NCBI GenBank assembly: GCA_026770705.1
Contig: JANJGN010000020.1
Location: 32,984,001 to 33,048,000 of the forward strand
Source of the DNA: Isurus oxyrinchus
Taxonomy: Eukaryota
Length of the DNA: 64,000 bases
Direction: 5' to 3'
Shown in pieces: positions 1-11,976 of the stretch; positions within the stretch are counted from its first letter, which is position 1, and the number at the start of each line of letters is the position of its first letter. Under the pieces are notes generated by a model. The model ran no database searches, was not told where the DNA came from, and saw nothing but the letters and a program-made list of their open reading frames with translations. A program made the position numbers and the translations under genes.

Positions 1-1000
1 ATGTGGTGAAATATATACTGTTTAAGGGGGTGGGACAGGTGAAGCTGGATAGGAGGCCAGTGATAGTTGGAGATTGCAAAAGATGTCATAAACAAAAGGT
101 TGAAGGGGTGCTAATGGTGGTGATATTGGCTAAAGGAGGTGCTAATGGTGACATTAAGAGTAGAAAGCAAAATGAGCAAGTGACAGATGGCCCTAGTGGG
201 ATTGGGGTTGGGGGAGAGGTGGCGTGGGAGAAAATATCAAAATAGGCTAAAAGGTGGGGATAAAACAATGAATGGAAATAAATTTTAAAAATAATAATAA
301 TAGAAATAGGTGGGGGAAAACTATATATATAAAAATTTAAAAATAAATATTGACAAAGGGGATCAACAAGGGGTGAGGATGGAGGAGAGAGCTCATGATC
401 TGAAGTTATTGAACTCAATGTCAAGTCCACAGCCTTGCAGACTTAACATTGAGTTCAACAGCTTCAGATTGTGAACTCTTTCCTCCATCCTCACCCCTTT
501 TTGATCCGCTTTTGTCAATATTTATTTTTTTAATTTTTATATATATTTTTTCCCACCTATTTCTATTATTATTTGTAAAATACATTTCCATTCATTGTTT
601 TGTCCCCAACTTTTAGCCTATTTCGACCCTTTTTCCCACACCATGCCCTCCCCCCACCCCACCCCCACTAGGTCCATCTGTCACTTGCTCATTCTGCTTT
701 CTACACTTAATGTCCCCACCAGCACCTCCTTTAGCCAATATCACCACCATCAACACCCCTTTCAGCCTTTTGCTTATAACATCTTTTGCAATCTCTCCTT
801 TGCCTTCACCAATCACTGGCCTCCTATCCAGCTTCACCTGTCCCACCCCCCTTAAACAGTATATATTTCACCGCATTTCTACTTCTCTTTCGTTCTGATG
901 AAGAGTCATATGGACTCGAAATGTTAACTCTGTCTTTCTCTCCACAGGTGCTGTCAGACCTGCTGAGTTTTTCCAGCAATTTTTGTTTTTGTTTCCAAAA
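1..1000. mobile_element. Penelope-like element (PLE) 3'-end/pLTR pair in head-to-head inverted arrangement (inverted arm 1-428, truncated by window edge; forward arm ~429-1000)
   Basis: 1-428 is the reverse complement of ~440-876. The forward arm starts with the end of a GIY-YIG ORF (…LNIEFNSFRL*, cf. GLNIEFNNFRS* at 27993) and ends in the same CCTGCTGAGTTTTTCCAG terminus as the PLE at 28470-28495. Confidence 0.85.
892..928 (+). ncRNA. Minimal type-I hammerhead ribozyme motif in PLE pLTR
   Basis: GTT-CTGATGA-A-GAGTC(atatg)GACTC-GAAA-TG-TT^AAC: canonical core, 5-bp stem II, GTT/AAC stem I; helix III ACGT decayed to ATGT. Confidence 0.7.
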
Positions 1001-1589
1001 CAAAGACTTTTCTGGCTTGAAGCTCAACAGCTGCTTCAGACTTCACACCTTGCATCAACACAGAACATCTCCCCCACACAGCCAACACATTTCAGCTACA
1101 TATCCTTCCTTAAATGTCTTTGTCCCCTTTTATCTTACATTCCATTGTTCTCAAACACCTCTTTTAACTCAACTTTTCCAAATATAAAAATTTTTCATGT
1201 TTTCCTATTGCCCCCACTTTCAGGTCAAATCAAATTTAGTAACCTTCCCTTGTTTACTTTTGAAACCTTTGTAAGTTGTAAAAGTCCCTTGTCACTTCTA
1301 AACTCCCCTTTGAAATTTAACAGCTGAAAAGTCAAGACCCTACCTGTAATCCAATGCAAATTTCAAACCCAACCTATTTAATTGTAATTCAACTTCACCA
1401 GAGCCTCTCATTACAGATGCATGCATCTAGCTCTTTACCTTTCATCTCTCAGTTCCTACAGATAAGCTGTCTTTACTAACCTTCCCCCAGTTTAATTAAT
1501 GACGGACACACACATACACAGCCTTCTTTACAGAACACCACCATATTCCCAAAAATATTTTTAAAAAATAACATCTATCTTCACAACTG

Positions 1590-1718
1590 AGACTAGCTTT
1601 ATAGTCCAGATTTATTAATTGAATTTAAATTTCACTAGCTGCCATGACAGGATTTGAACCTGTGATCCCAGAGCATTAGCCTGGGTCTCTGTATTACCAC
1701 TCCACCACCATCTCCCCT
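1590..1718 (-). mobile_element. tRNA-derived SINE fragment (same family as 50066-50380)
   Basis: Shares TTGAATTTAAATT-CAC-A-CTGCCATG-CAGGATT-GAACC…CCCCAGAGCATTA-CCTGGGTCTCTG with 50268-50340; B-box-like GGTTCAAATCC on the minus strand. Confidence 0.6.
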
Positions 1719-2299
1719 TAGTTATAAAATTGTTAATAAATGTTAGACCAAAAGAAAAAGGCCATAATCCGATTTGCTGCAGGAAACGTATTTATACTTT
1801 TATATTTTAAAAGACATCAAGACATTCAATTGTAGGGTATTTTTAACCCTAACAGTTTTGCAACGCCTGTCAGCCTTTTGGTTATATGATGTCAAACAGA
1901 GTCCAGGAGCATGGGTGCAGATGGTGCCAAACACCAGGGCCCAGGTTGGGTGGGGCGGGGTGGGGGCCTGGGCTCAGTTTTAAATGGAGTCTTTTGTCAT
2001 CCACACTGAGCAGCCAGAGCTTCAGACCTGACAGACCAGTTTAAGAAAAACAGATTTGTCAGACTGAAGTTCTAATTTTTAAAATTCCGGTCTATTAGTG
2101 TCAATATCATCGAGTTGCTGCACTGCTTCTGACCTTTGGGCAGCTTCACAGCTCCAATTTTTGTTTTGAAAAGCCCACCAGAAAACCAGGAAGCTGTCCA
2201 AATGTCAGCAGCAGCAGAGCAACTGTAAGGAGGAGATGCCCTCAATTAAATAATGGTAAGTCAAAACCCCGTAATTTTGGAAACAATTGGATGCTTTGT

Positions 2300-3105
2300 G
2301 TGTTGGTGGGTGGGGGGAGATTGGAGGAGGGGAATGGAGGAAGTTAGGGGGCTTGGAAGGAAACTGGAGGAAAGTTTGGGGGAGACAATGGAGGGGCGGA
2401 GGTTGGAGGGGAGATTGGAGGTGTGCTTGGAGGTATGGAGTGAGAGTTGGGGGGAGGTTGGAGGGGTAGGTTAGAGGCGGGAAGTTGGAGGGAAGTTTTG
2501 GGGTGGGTTGGAGGGAGGTTGGAAGAGATTGGAGGAGGTTTGAGGGGAGGTTGGAGGGGGAGATAAGAATGTGCTGGGGAAATTTTGGAGGGGGTTGGGG
2601 GAGCTTATTGGGGAGATTGGAGGGGATTGAGGGTGCTTGGGAAGGCTGGAGGGAGTTTTCAGGGGTAGTTGGAATGGGGGTTGGGCGATGGTTACAGTTG
2701 GTGTTAGAGCACAGTGGAGGGGGCCTCGGAAGAAGTTGGAGGGGAGTTTGGGCTGGGTTGGAGGGGTGGGTTGGAAGGGTGTTGGGAGGAAGAGGTTGGA
2801 GGGGGTTTGAGGGAATTTGGAGGGGGGAGATTGGAATGGGGTTGGGGGAATGTTGGAAGAGATTAGTGGGCTAGATTGGAGGGGATTGGGGAGATTGGAG
2901 GGAGTTTGCAGGGGTAGTTGGAATGGGGGTTGGGAGATGGTTAGAGGTGGTGTTTGGAGGGGGCATGGGGGAGGCTGGAGGGGGTTTGGGTGAGATTGGA
3001 GAGGGGAGTTGGGGTGAGGTTATATGGGGTGTGTTGGAGGGAGATTGGGGGTGAGGTTAGAGGGGCAGCTGGGAGATAGATTGGAGGCGGGGTGTTCAGG
3101 GAGGT
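2300..3105 (+). repeat. G-rich low-complexity tract (degenerate TTGGAGGGG-type units)
   Basis: About 800 bp of GGAGGGG/TTGGGG runs with strong G/C strand skew. Confidence 0.85.
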
Positions 3106-3239
3106 TAGCTATACTTACCCACTCTATCTTGTTGCTTTTTGAGATTTTTGAGGTATTGAAATACCATGATAAAGTTGTGTTGCCTAGTAGATCTGGAAAT
3201 TATATTATAGTGTAGTGAAAAGCAGTGAAAAGTAGACTT

Positions 3240-3810
3240 CAGACTTGCTGATCAAGAAAACACCAAGATCCCTCTGTTCTGCTCTGCAGTCTCTCCATTT
3301 AAATAATATTCTGCTTTTCTATTCTTCCTACCAAAGTATACAACCGCATATTTTCTCACATTATACTCCAACTGCCAATTCCTTGCCCACTCACTTACCC
3401 TATCCACATCCCTTAGCAGACTCTTTGCAACCTCCTCACAACTTGCTTTCCTACCTATCTTTGTATCATCAGTCAATTTGGCTGCAGTACAGCTGGTTCC
3501 TTCATCCAAGTCATTAATATAAATCGTAAGTAGTTGAGGCCCCAGCATTGATCCCTGTGGCACTTCAGTTTGCCAACCTGAAATTGATCCATTTATCCTG
3601 ACTCTGTTTCCTGTTTGTTAGCCAATCCTCTGTCCATCCTAATATATTGCCCCCAACAATAGGAGCTCTCATCTCATGCAGTAATTCTACATGGCACCTT
3701 ATCAAATACCATTTGGAAATCCAAATACTCTACATCTGCTGGTTCCCCTTTATCCATCCTGCTTGCTACACCCTCACAAAAACCTTTAATAAATTTGTCA
3801 AACACAGAAG
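3240..3810 (-). mobile_element. CR1 LINE reverse-transcriptase fragment
   Basis: ORF 3252..3563: PQGSMLGPQLLTIYINDLDEG…KLTDDTKIG…W(Q)LEYN is the CR1 RT core (PQGSVLGP…FADD). Confidence 0.9.
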
Positions 3811-3982
3811 CTGGAGAATTTGCCTGGCTTTCACAATCTTTATGAATTGCCATTATGTTCTTAGCTTAGTTTCAGTGGTGACTTTCAGGAAGCGTGGGAA
3901 GCCCAGGGATGTGCCATTAAGTTTGAAACTGTGTTGAAATGTCACTGCACTTGAGGCATTAGCGTACTTAGCTCACTAACAC

Positions 3983-5150
3983 TGTAGGAGGTGGTGGTGT
4001 GAGTTAGCTTCACCTCTGACTTCTGAGCGATCCGAATCGCTCCCACTCCCTGGGTTCGAGACCTTGGACTTATTTGGGGGTTGTGACAAAGTGCAGCAGA
4101 CAACTGGTTTTGGTGCAAGAATAAAAAAAACTGGGTTTACTGAAGTCACAAATGAACTTATAACATTAGGATTACACTGAGATTATACAGGCCTACAAAG
4201 TACACTTAGTTAAGAATGGGGAACACATGGCATAACAAGGGAAAATCACGCTACTAATCCCCTTTCTCTTGTCCCACCCCCAAAACCTAACTAAATTGAA
4301 CTAGGGGAGGTCAGGGATCATGCTCACCAACCAGGGCTCCTTAACAGTTCGGTATCCAGCCAGGTAAGCTGGTTGCAGTTTTGGGGTATGCTCTTTGTGT
4401 CCTCTGGAGCCTGACATCCCTACGTGGTCCTGGTCTGTGGAACCTGCGAAGGTTCTTCAGTTGGGTGGAGGGCGCGGTTGTGGGTGGTTGATCTTTGTGG
4501 AGGGCTGTGGTTGCAGCCTTGTTGTCTTCGGTTGAGCCTGCCACCCCGTGCTCCTTGCTATGATGTTGGCTGCGGGCCTGAAAACCTCCAGATCTCCTCC
4601 CTCCACTTAAACTCTGCTTAAACTCCGCTTCAACCGCTCCAAAACTGCTCACCCTCCTCCTTCGTAACTGGTGGCCCAGTTATACTATTTTTTCAAATTT
4701 ATTATCTGAAACCAAATCAAGGTTAGTTCTTTGTCTGATTTGGTTTTCTTCAGGTGATTGTTGTCTCGTTGTTTTTAATGGGCTCACATGATGTTTATCG
4801 TTGTCTGCCTGCTCCCCTAACTAGTCTTGAACTGAAAGCCATTGTATATGTGGAGTATTGACAGGTTCGCATAATTGCATTGATTGCTGCCTTTCTGCCT
4901 TAGTAGTTAGTAGCGATTATTTATGCAAGATTTTGATGGGCTTTAGTTTCGTGTAAGATGAAGTCTTTCTCTGGGTTGATTGTTTTAAAGGGAAGAATGC
5001 ATATTCTGTCTCCTCTTATTGTCTGGCTTCAGGCAACAATCCACACTGTACTATCAAAAGCCTGGGCATGTCCAGTCCTAGGCTTTCATGGGCCTAGCCC
5101 CCCTGTCTGCAGGGTTCTACACTTAACTCAGCAGTTGGGCCCTCTGCCAT
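3983..5150 (-). mobile_element. Probable solo LTR or LTR-like repeat (unclassified)
   Basis: TGT…ACA-like ends (3983 TGTAGG, 5121 …TCTACA), non-coding, TATA-like and polyA-like motifs on the minus strand. No clean TSD; boundaries uncertain. Confidence 0.35.
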
Positions 5151-5299
5151 AAAAAGTCATATCCTTGTTGATGATATGAAAAATGTGGGAATTTTGAAAA
5201 CCCTTCAACACTGCCTATCTCAAGGGGGTTGCACATAACCAGCCCAAAACATATAAGTCTAATTTTGCTTAATGACGCTCCTGTGAAATGCCTTGAGAT

Positions 5300-5450
5300 T
5301 TTTTTTAGTTCATTCACGGTATGTGGGCATCGCTGGCTAGGCCAGCATTTATTGCCCATCCCTAATTGCCCTTGAGAAGGCAGTGATGAGCTGCCTTCTT
5401 GAACCGCTGCAGTCTATGTGATGTAGGTACATCCACAGTGCTGTTAGGAT
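5300..5450 (-). mobile_element. 3' tail of a CR1-group LINE (family B)
   Basis: Reverse complement of GGGCAATTAGGGATGGGCAATAAATGCTGGCCTAGCCAGCGATGCCCACAT, matching 6530-6590. Confidence 0.75.
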
Positions 5451-5919
5451 GGTATTTTATTACATTAGAGGCACTGTATAAATATAAATTGTTGTTCTTG
5501 AGTTAAATCTGGAAGTCGGCACACTGTTCCCCAATGGGCTTACATTTTCAGCTAACTTAATCCCCACCTGCGCTTAAAGCTAGATGTTCTTCAATGTTAA
5601 AATTCTTACAACTGATTCTAAGGCAGAATTTAAAAGGTAGACATTGATTAAAGCTTCTAATGAGGCAAATCTGTATGCAATATGGTCAGTAATCTGAATC
5701 ACAATTTATCAGAAATGTATAATAAATATATATTGTTTTAAATTTTGGAGAGAAATGTACAAACCTATTTCCTACAACTGATAATGGAGAGTTCAGATGA
5801 TTGACAACAGCCTATAGCAAATTAAAGCCAACCATTAATTTGTGAAGTCTTCTGAAAGGAACATTGGGACAGCAGGAGGCCATTCAGGCACTCCAGGCTC
5901 GCCATTCTATCAGGGCATG

Positions 5920-6600
5920 TCATCACCATCACTGAATGCCCCACTATCAACATCCTGGGGGCTACCATTGACAAGAAACTGAACTGGAGTAGCCATATAA
6001 ATACTGTGGCTACAAGAGCAGGTCAGAGGCTAGGAATCCTGTGGTGACTAACTCACCTCTTGACTCCACAAAGCCTGTCCACCATCTATACAAGAACAAT
6101 TCAGGAGTGTGATGGAATACTCTCCATTTGTGTGGGTGAGTGCAGCTCCAAAAGCACTCAAGCTTGACATCATCTAGGACAAAGCAGCCCACTTGAATGC
6201 ACTCCATCCACAAACATTCACTCCCTCCACCACCGATGCGCAGTGGCAGCCAAGATGTACTGCAGGAACTCACCAAGGCTCCTTAGACAGCACCTTCCAA
6301 ACCCACGACCACTGCCATCTAGAAAGACTAGGGCAGCGGACACATGGGAACACCACCACTTGGAAGTTCCTTTCTAAGCCACTCCCCATTCTGACTTGGA
6401 ACTATATTGCCGTTCCTTCACTATCACTAGGTCAAATCCTGGAACTCCCTCCCAAACAGCACTGTGGGTATACCTACACCACAGAGAATGCAGTGGTTCA
6501 AGAAGGCAGCTCACCATCATCTTGTCAAGGGTAATTAGAGGATGGGCAATAAATGCTGGCCTAGCCAGCGACGCCCACATCCCATGAACGAATATAGATA
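5920..6600 (+). mobile_element. CR1-group LINE 3' portion (family B)
   Basis: Degenerate RT C-terminus (ILG.TIDKKLNW..HI…IRSVMEYS) homologous to 63480-64000, ending in the family tail and an A-rich end. Confidence 0.8.
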
Positions 6601-6705
6601 TAAAAAAAACCTTCACTCTATTTGATATATTTCAGTGATACCTTTACCTAAGCACAGTTGATTGATCCTGCACCCACTGCTTTTTGCAGGAAAGAAAGAA
6701 AAAGA

Positions 6706-6800
6706 AAGCCTTGCATTTATCTAACGCTCTTTACAACCTCAGGACAACCCAAAGCACTTTACAGTTAATGACAAACTTTCAAAGTGCAGTCACAGTGTAG
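6706..6800 (-). mobile_element. Deu-type SINE 3' end (SacSINE1/AmnSINE1-like)
   Basis: Minus strand reads AAAGTGCTTTGGGTTGTCCTGAGGTTGTAAAGAGCGTTAGATAAATGCAAG, resembling the DeuSINE tail; a similar relic lies at ~15955-16045. Confidence 0.55.
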
Positions 6801-6802
6801 GA

Positions 6803-7352
6803 CAGTGGTTCTCAAATGTTTTTGGTTGGAGATCCCTTTTCAAATGGATTAGTAATCATAAACCCACTCCATTTAAATTATATCACTATATAATACTCAT
6901 AATTTGAAAGCAATGCATATATAGAGAGTGTTTTAAGGAAATACATATTTACTTGCAAATGTCAGTCAGCTGGGTGAGCCCAGGGAGAGCAGAGCATGGA
7001 GAAAGCACCAGAGGAGCAAAGGAAGAGCAGGGGCACAGGGAAGCGCAGCACAGAGAGAACAGGAGAATGGGCAAAACAGAGCAGAGAGAAAGCAGAAGCC
7101 CAGAGAAAACAGGTGTACGGGGAGAACAGGTGTACGGGAGAGCAGGAGCATGGACAGAGCACTTGAGGAGAAGCACTAGAGGAGCCAGTAGAGTGTTGAA
7201 ATAAAGCACACCTCCAGCCATTGTTCAACTGCATACTCTTCACCATGGGCCCCTGGGAGGTCACCTACATTCACCATCCTAAGGCCAGCACTGTGTTACA
7301 GACCCCATGGGTAGTCCTTGCAGACCCCCAAGGGTCCATTTGAGAAGCATTG
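6803..7352. mobile_element. Non-autonomous hAT (Charlie-like) MITE
   Basis: TIRs CAGTGGTTCTCAAA … TTTGAGAAGCATTG; 8-bp TSD GTGTAGGA (6795-6802) / ATGTAGGA (7353-7360); purine-rich internal repeats. Confidence 0.8.
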
Positions 7353-8790
7353 ATGTAGGAGAGAATTCCACATTTCCACTACCCTTCGTGTGAAAAAGTG
7401 CTTCCTGATTACACTCCTAATGACCTAGCTTTGATTTTCCAATTGTGTCAGAGGAAATGGCTTCTATCTACTCCAATGGATCATTTTATCACTTTAAGCA
7501 CCTCATTTAGATCACTTCTCATTCACCTGAACTCAAAGAATAATTTAACCCTTTAAGCCTATGCATGATTCCAGTGAAATGGCACTGTACCCTTTCAAAG
7601 TTTAATGTATATTTCCTGAAGATATTGTTATAAAGCCATGCTTTGTATTACAGAATTATTAAGAAGGCCATTTGGCCCAGCTCTCTGAATGAGCAATATG
7701 ACTCAGTGCCTTTTTCCTGCCTTTTCCCCTTAACGCTGCACATTGTTTCTGTTTAAATAGTCATCTAATGTTCTCTTGAATGCCTTGATTGAACCTGCCT
7801 CCAACACACTTCCAGATGGAGCATTTCCAGTCACGAACCATTCACTGTGTGAAAAAGTTTTTCTCACATCACATTTTCTTCTTTCGCAAGCCACTTTAAA
7901 TCTCAATCCTTTTACAAGTGGGAACAGTTCCTCCCTATCTACTCTGTCCAGCCCCCTCATGATTTTGAACACCTCTATCAAATCTCCTCTTAGCCTTCTT
8001 CTCTCCAAGGAAAATAGTCCCAACTTCTCCAATCGATCTTCATAACTGGAGTTTCATCCCTGGAACCATTTTTGTAAATCTCTTCTGCACTCTCTCTCAT
8101 GCGTTTACATCCTTTCTAAAGTGTGGTGCCCAGAACTGTACACAATACCCCAGCTGAGGTCTAACTAGTATCCTATACAAGTTCAACATAACTTCCTTGC
8201 TCTTGTACTCTATGCCCCTATTAATAAAACCCAGAATACTGCATGTTTTATTAACCGCTCTCTCCACTTGTTCTGCTACCTTTAATGACTTATCCACATA
8301 TACACTCAGGTCCCTCTGCTCCTGCACAACATTTAAAGTTGTAGCCCTTATTTTATATTGTCTCACCATGTTCTTCTGACCAAAATGGATCACCTCATTT
8401 TTCTCTGCATTTAACTTCACCTGCCAGCTAACTGCCCACTCCAACTGTCCATTTGAAGTTCTACACTGTCCTCCTCACAGTTTACTTCCAAGTGCTTCCA
8501 AATTTTGTACCATTCACAAAGTTTGAAATTGCCCCCTGTACACCAAGATCTAGATCATTAATAAATATCAGAGAAAGCAAGGGTCCCAATACTGACCCAA
8601 TGCAGAACTCCACTATAAACCTCCCTCAAGCCTGAAAAATATCTGTTAACCATCACTCACTGTTTCCTATTACTCAGCAAATTTTGTATCAATGCTGCTA
8701 CTGTCCCTTTTATTCCACAACTATAGCTTTTCTCAAGTCTGTTGTGCGGCACTGTATCTACTGCCTTTTGGAACTCCATGTACATGTTTC

Positions 8791-11700
8791 TGTAGAAATT
8801 ATAGTTTTGATAAATGTAGGACTGTAGCTTTAAGAATAATCCTGTGTTGTAATTTCACATGATCGGTGTAAACCAATGAGTTAGCAGCATAGGGAACCTT
8901 TAGGAGGGAGTTCTTCTTTAGTTATAGAGTTTGATGTAGAGTACACATACAGTTGCTGCTGCTGTCTTGTAAATAAAGTTAAATGTGTCCACCAAGAAGA
9001 ATTGCCTGGAAAATCAACTTTACAACAAACTGGCGATGAGAATAAATCAGATCCACTACTGTTCCTCGCCCAGCAATTGAGTATCTAGCCTTAAAAAGAA
9101 AGGAAGATTTATTCATCTCAGATGCCACAGTTTGGCACAATCAATCCCTTTGAGCCAGCCACAGATGACTGGTCTCAATATATAGAATGTCTTGCATTCT
9201 TCTTTCAAGCAAACAAATTCACGGGGTAGGAAAAGAGGAGAGTGATTCTCCTGAGTATTTGTGGGAGCAGGACCTACAGTTTAATTTGAAGCTTGACCAC
9301 CACCCCCCGCGCCCCCCAACTCTGTGTCCCAGTTTCGAAGACCTTCAGTGAATTAGTAGACCTCGTTAAGGGACATTTTCAACCCAAGCCCTCAGTCACA
9401 ATGCAAAGGTTCAGGTACAATTCACGGAATAGAGCCCCAGGGAGACCATTGCTACCTACATGGCGAAATTAAAACAACTAATGGAACATTAATATTTCAG
9501 TGAAACCCTGAATGATATGCTCAGAGATCGTTTAGTATGTGGCGTGCAGGAAGACACTATTCAGAGATCGCTGGCTGAAGTGAACCTTGATTTTGAGAAA
9601 GCATTAGGAATAGTGCTTGCAATGGAAAGCACTGAGGAATTCACAAGTGATTCAAAGGGTGCAAAGTGGCGCCATCCTCTTAGTTGGGCAGGAACAGTCA
9701 GCCAAAAGCGGTGCAAAAAGCTGGAACTCCACCGCCAAGTGGGAAATAGATCCCGCCAACCGAAAATTGAGAAGAAACAGCTTAACAGCAAAGTTGAAAA
9801 CCCCCTAATTTTCATTGACATGGAAACAATCATACTCCTGACGTTTGGCAACTTAAAAAATTAGGGTGTTATTTTTGTCACAGGCGTGGACACATATTGC
9901 AACATTGCAAAGCGAGATTTAAACAGGCTTCCAGGCAGCAATCGAAGTCCAATGAAGTATATAGTGTGGAAGAGCCAGAAACAACCAATTCTGACATTTA
10001 TTCATTATTTAACATGAAAGTTGGGAAGACAAAGCCAATTATTTTCACAGTACGAGTGAATGGTAAACCATTAAAAATGGAAGTAGGCACTGGTGCTTCT
10101 ACCACTGTAATAGGAGTACACACTTTCAGATATTTAAAGGTGATCAACAATTAAATTTGGAATAAACATCTGCCAAGTTGAAAACATACACAGGCGAAGC
10201 AATCTAGGTAAACGGTATCACCAGAGTAACTGTTCATTATAGACACCAATTGGCACAGCTACCAGTGATGGTGGTAGAAGGTGAAGGACCAAGCCTTCTA
10301 GGTTGTCATTGGTTGAAAGAGATTAAACTAGTCCAATTGCGAGCAGGGGGACTGCCAAAGCTACTAAAAAAAAGTATGACACTGTCTTCAAGGATGAACT
10401 AGGAAACATCCAAGGCCAACAGACCAAGATTTACGTGGATCCAGAAGCAACCCCTCACTTCTTGAAAGCAAGACCGGTGCCATACACTTGAGAGAGAAGG
10501 TTGACGCTAAGCTGAAGCGGCTAGAGAGGCTGGGTACTATAAAAGCAGTTCAGTTCTCAGAGTGGGCAGCACCCATTGTCCCTGTCCTTAAACCAAACCA
10601 GACCATCCGGATCTGTGGGGACTATAAACTAATGGTCAACAAAGCAGCCAAACTGGACATTTAACCTATTCCCAAGATTGAAGACCTCTATGCCAAAATA
10701 GCAGGAGTGACAACGTGTACAAAGTTTGACATGCGTCACGCACATCAGCAACTGGAGCTGGATAATGCCTCCCGAGAATTTGTGACCATAAATATCCACA
10801 AAGGGTTAAATCGACATGCCTGCCCTTTGGTGTTTTGATCAGCCTATGTCATTTTTCAAAAGAAGATGGAGAGCTTGCTACAAGGACCACTGCAAGTTGT
10901 TGCCTACCTGGACGATGTACTAATAACTGGATTCACAGAAAAATGAACACTTGGCTAATCTACAGGGAGTCCTGAAACTATCTTTAGATGCAGGAATGTG
11001 CCTAAAGGAAGAAAAATGCACTTTTCAGGCAAATGAAGTCATTTATTTGGGCCAACAGGTACGTGCCCAAGGGTTACACCCTGTTGAAGAGAAGGTTAAA
11101 GCTATCAGAAAGGTACCTACACCTAAGAATGTCTCTGAACTTAAATCATTTTTAGGGATAGTAAATGATTATGGCTGATTTCTACCAAAGTTATCAAAAA
11201 TTCTAGCCCTGCTTTCTTCACTGCTAAAGAAAAACCTTCCTGCCTTTGTAGTTAGTAGCGATTATTTATGCAAGATTTTGATGGGCTTCAGTTTCGTGTA
11301 AGGTGGTTACCTGGTAAAGTAAGCTCTGTGACCGGAATCCCCCCATTGTCAAACCATGTGGAAATGGAGGGACGGATCACCCTTAAGCATGTGGATCATT
11401 TAAGAAAAAGGGAGATACCCCAATAAAATGATGTCCCGCCTGTAACCATTGCTGAATCTGTGGCTCCTGTTGAAGTTGCTCAACTAAAGACAGACATGCT
11501 CAATGTCTCTGTGGGAATGGAAGGCACTGAACTGCATGTGCCTTAAGAGGTACCTGATGTTAATGTGGTCCCAGAGAATGTGTTTCCTGTGAAAGAGTCA
11601 AGAGTCGTGGAGCTACAACGTTCCACACTGATCAGGAAACCACCTGAAAGACTGAACTTGTAATTTCATGACCTGTGTAAATATTGTAATGCTGTGAGGT

Positions 11701-11976
11701 AAATATCCTTGTAAATACAAAATATACAGGAAAGTTATAGGGGTAGGAATGTAGTAATTATAGTTTTGATAAATGTAGGACTGTAGCTTTAAAAATAATC
11801 CTGTTGTAAGATCACATGGTCTGTGTCAACCAATGAGTTAGCAGCACGTGGAACCTCTACAACTAAAGAACTCCCTCCTAGAGTTTGATGCACACATTTA
11901 GTTGCTGCTGCTGTCTTGAAAATAAAGTTAAATGTGCCCACCAAGAGAAGTTGCCTGGAAAATCATCTCTATAACA
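8791..11976 (+). mobile_element. Gypsy (Mag-clade) LTR retrotransposon, internally deleted (RNase H and most of integrase missing)
   Basis: LTRs 8791-9027 and 11750-11976 (TG…CA); perfect 5-bp TSD GTTTC; PBS TGGCGATGAG (9031, tRNA-Ser type); PPT 11731-11749; gag MLRDRLVCG, zinc knuckle, protease MEVGTGAS, RT WAAPIVPV…CGDYK…YLDDVLI. Confidence 0.95.

Noticed and set aside
2253-3215. Gly/Trp/Glu-rich ORFs
   Set aside because: Translations of a G-rich low-complexity tract.
6953-7204. Glu/Arg-rich ORF
   Set aside because: Purine-rich interior of a hAT MITE; no domain signal.
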